64,000 nt of DNA from Lingula anatina (taxonomy: Eukaryota; Animalia; Brachiopoda): positions 15,500,001 to 15,564,000 of the forward strand of contig CM120640.1 in NCBI GenBank assembly GCA_051362555.1. The letters are read 5' to 3'. This document shows positions 61,251 to 64,000 of the stretch, in pieces (positions within the stretch are counted from its first letter, which is position 1; every line of letters begins with the position of its first letter). Position numbers and translations under genes: made by a program. The notes under the pieces were generated by a model. It saw nothing but the letters and a program-made list of their open reading frames with translations. It did not search any database and was not told the DNA's origin.

Positions 61251-63882
61251 TTTTTTGTCAAAAAACTACAATTTATAACAAAATCATGGGGAAGAGTAAA
61301 AGGTTGAATCCAAATTTGTGAAGTGCAGTTCATGGCAAAAAGGTTAGGGGTCAAATTCAAGGCCACAGGAATACCAGTGTTCCTGAAAAAACGTCAGACA
61401 GCCGGACAAATCTGGTATAAATTGAAAATGTCTGATGTATAATGTCAACATGTCAGTCACAATGTCCATACTATTGTATGACAGAGCATTTAAAATAACA
61501 AGTCCTGGCCCAGTTGTCAGTGCTTTTTGCCACTGCATGACAAGCTCCAGCGCAAAAAAAGTTGGTCATGAATTGATACTTTTAAAATATCTTTTGCCCT
61601 AACTAGCATTTTCTAGCCTCCTTGCGAAATTCTGGGATTTCATACATTGTTTGTACAACTTTTTATTAATTTAAAGCAAACGCATAGTCTACTGGAACTT
61701 ACTTTATTGATTTGATCTGATATAGAATATCCACGCTTGGACTCTGAATTGGATTCTCCCAAACAACTCAAACGTATAGTAAAACTAGAGATCAGAGAGG
61801 CGATACTGCCTCTGGATATTGTACCACCAGCTGGAGTAAGGGCATTCGAATGGAACCCCCCCCCCCAAAAAAAAAAGGGACACCACCACCAGTCTTGTGC
61901 TTGACAAGCTCTATAAAATGCAATCAACAAAAGTTCCAAAAAATATGCAAAAAAAAGTATGACTAAAAATGGTACAATCAAGCAGATTTTGGAATTGACC
62001 TATATTTTCTTTTTGGTTTTCCTTGAAATGTGTTGTCAGGGTTGCATCAAGTTCAATAGTAACCATGGGTATTTCTTTGCCAATTTTGGAGATTTAAAGG
62101 CCAGACAACATGCAAAAAGCAGTTCATCATAAAAAGTAGGTCAAAGGTGAAATTCAAGGTCACAGTTAGATAGCCAGGGTATTCAAGTTCAACAGCAACT
62201 TTGGGTGTACCTCTGCAGGCTTTTGAGATATAAGGGATAGAAAATTTGCAAAAATCAGTTCATGGTGAAAATTAGGTCAAAGGTTAATTTCAGGGTCACA
62301 GTAAGATTGTCAGTATATGACTTCCTATTCATGTTCAATAGTAACTACTGGTGTATCTTTGCCAGTTTTTGAGATAAAAAGATCGGAAAATTTGCAAAGT
62401 GCAGTTTATGATGAAAAGTAGGTCAAAGGTAAATTTTAAGGTCACAGTTAGATTGCCAGTATATGATTTCCTATTTAGCTTTAAGAGTAACTATGGGCGT
62501 ATCTCTGCTGGTTTTTGGGATATAAGGGATAGAAAATTTGCAAAGATCAGTTCATGGTGAAAATAAGCTCAAAGGTTAATTTCAGGGCCACAGTAAGATT
62601 GCCAGTATATGACTTCCTATTCATGTTCAATAGTAACTACTGGTGTATCTTTGCCAGTTTTTGAGATATAAAGATCGGAAAATTTGCAAAGTGCAGTTTA
62701 TGCTGAAAAGTAGGTCAAAGGTCAATTTTAAGGTGACAATTAGATTGCCAGTATATAATATCCTATTTAACTTCAATAGTAGCTATGGACCTATCTCTGC
62801 CAGTTTTGGAGATAAAAAGGAATGAAAATTTTAAAGTTCAGTTCATGGTGAAAATAAGGTCAAAGGTCAATTTCAGGGTCACAGTTAGATTGCCAGTATA
62901 TGACTTCCTATTCAAGTTCCATAGTAACTAAGGTTGTATCTTTGCCAGTTTTTGAGATATAAAGATCGGAAAATTTGCAAAGTGCAGTTTATGGTGAAAA
63001 GTAGGTCAAAGGTCAATTTTAAGGTCACAGTGGAATTGACTTCCTATTCAACTTCAATAGTAACTATGGACCTATCTCTGCCAGTTTCCTACAAAAAAAT
63101 AATTAATTGAAATAAAGAAAAGGTCATTTTGGTTGAAATTCTTGAAATGGGAGGTGCTCAGAAGTTCCAGATGTTCAAATTTTATGAAATAATGTCATTT
63201 TTGACCAAAGTTGTCTGCCTCGCCAAGCCTTATGTTTTATTTTCCAGGAGTTCAAAATTTATTACACATTACCGTATTGCACATTTTGCTTTCACCACCA
63301 CAATGTACTTTTCAATACAGCATAACTCGAAAACCGTATGGAAATAAAAAAAACAGAGACCACCTTCAGTATTGGGCTTGACATGCTCTACAAAATCCAA
63401 AAATAATAGGTCTCTAGCACTAACGGTTCCCAAATTAGAGACAGTTTTCAGTTTCGGTATCTTATGGCTGCTACTCCTGTGAAAATGCACTGACTTGTAA
63501 CTGTGCTGCTATTTTGATTGACAGTTCTGCACAGGGCCCTAGCCTCGGGATCAGACCAGGATATGCCTGGGAAGATTATTTTTGCCATATTCAAGACTCA
63601 TGCTTATTGTATGACTTTCATTTCATGAAGTACGGTAAATGTTAGCACATATTACCTGCGTGTAGTGGTACGCACACTCCTTTAAATCCATTAAAAAATC
63701 TCTACATTCTTTTTCCCCACGGCTTAGACCAACATTATCCAAACATTCTAAGTAATCTGCTTCTAAGAACCTGCACCTATTCTGCATAGATTGCTTTTGC
63801 TGCACAAGGCCTCCAATTGGCAATAAGCGTTTGATGTTCAAACCAGGTGGTTTCATGATTAACTCATCTGTCCAAAGATCTT
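60471..63882 (-). CDS. NDUFS5: NADH dehydrogenase (ubiquinone) iron-sulfur protein 5, 5'-partial; exons 63882-63656 and 60605-60471
   Basis: Twin CX9C motif CRFLEADYLEC...CRDFLMDLKEC with a GLSRGEKEC linker. A phase-0 downstream exon KARLKEINQRKAEL...* follows. The first exon lies outside the window. Confidence 0.75.
62050..63088. repeat. 146-bp tandem satellite (~7 units) with alternating A/B variants, in the NDUFS5 intron
   Basis: The anchor GAAAATTT recurs at 62240, 62386, 62532, 62678, 62824 and 62969. A diverged partial unit lies at about 61310-61370. Confidence 0.85.
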
Positions 63883-64000
63883 CTGTAATACAAAAGAACA
63901 CAAATACCACTGTAACAGTTATACACAATAAGAAAAAACATTTTAAAGAAAGGCAGCTGTGAGTATGTTTTTTTATGTAGTCCGACAGAGTACTTTTTTA

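Overview
AT-rich, intron-rich animal genomic DNA, probably from a marine invertebrate such as a lophotrochozoan (inference), with no prokaryotic operons or CRISPR. Eight spliced protein-coding genes can be rebuilt by hand. SMIM15 (-) and a stand-alone NADAR/YbiA-family gene (+) lie head-to-head. HSDL2 with two SCP2 domains and a C-terminal SKL (-) lies head-to-head with an SCPx-type peroxisomal thiolase that lacks its SCP2 domain and ends in ARL (+). An unusual polycystin-1-like gene (+) has PLAT and TM1-5 but no REJ/GAIN or channel domain. MDC1 (-) lies head-to-head with FKBP12 (+), and each has a minor-spliceosome AT-AC last intron. The 3' part of NDUFS5 (-) closes the window. Introns and intergenic DNA hold many non-autonomous elements: a three-LTR tandem mini-LTR retrotransposon (TRIM) whose LTRs contain a tRNA-like Pol III gene, Harbinger-like MITEs (TTA/TAA TSD), Kolobok-like elements (TTAA), a CACTA-terminated foldback with 397-bp arms, a Helentron-like element and a 146-bp satellite. 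All coordinates were counted by hand and may be off by a few bases.
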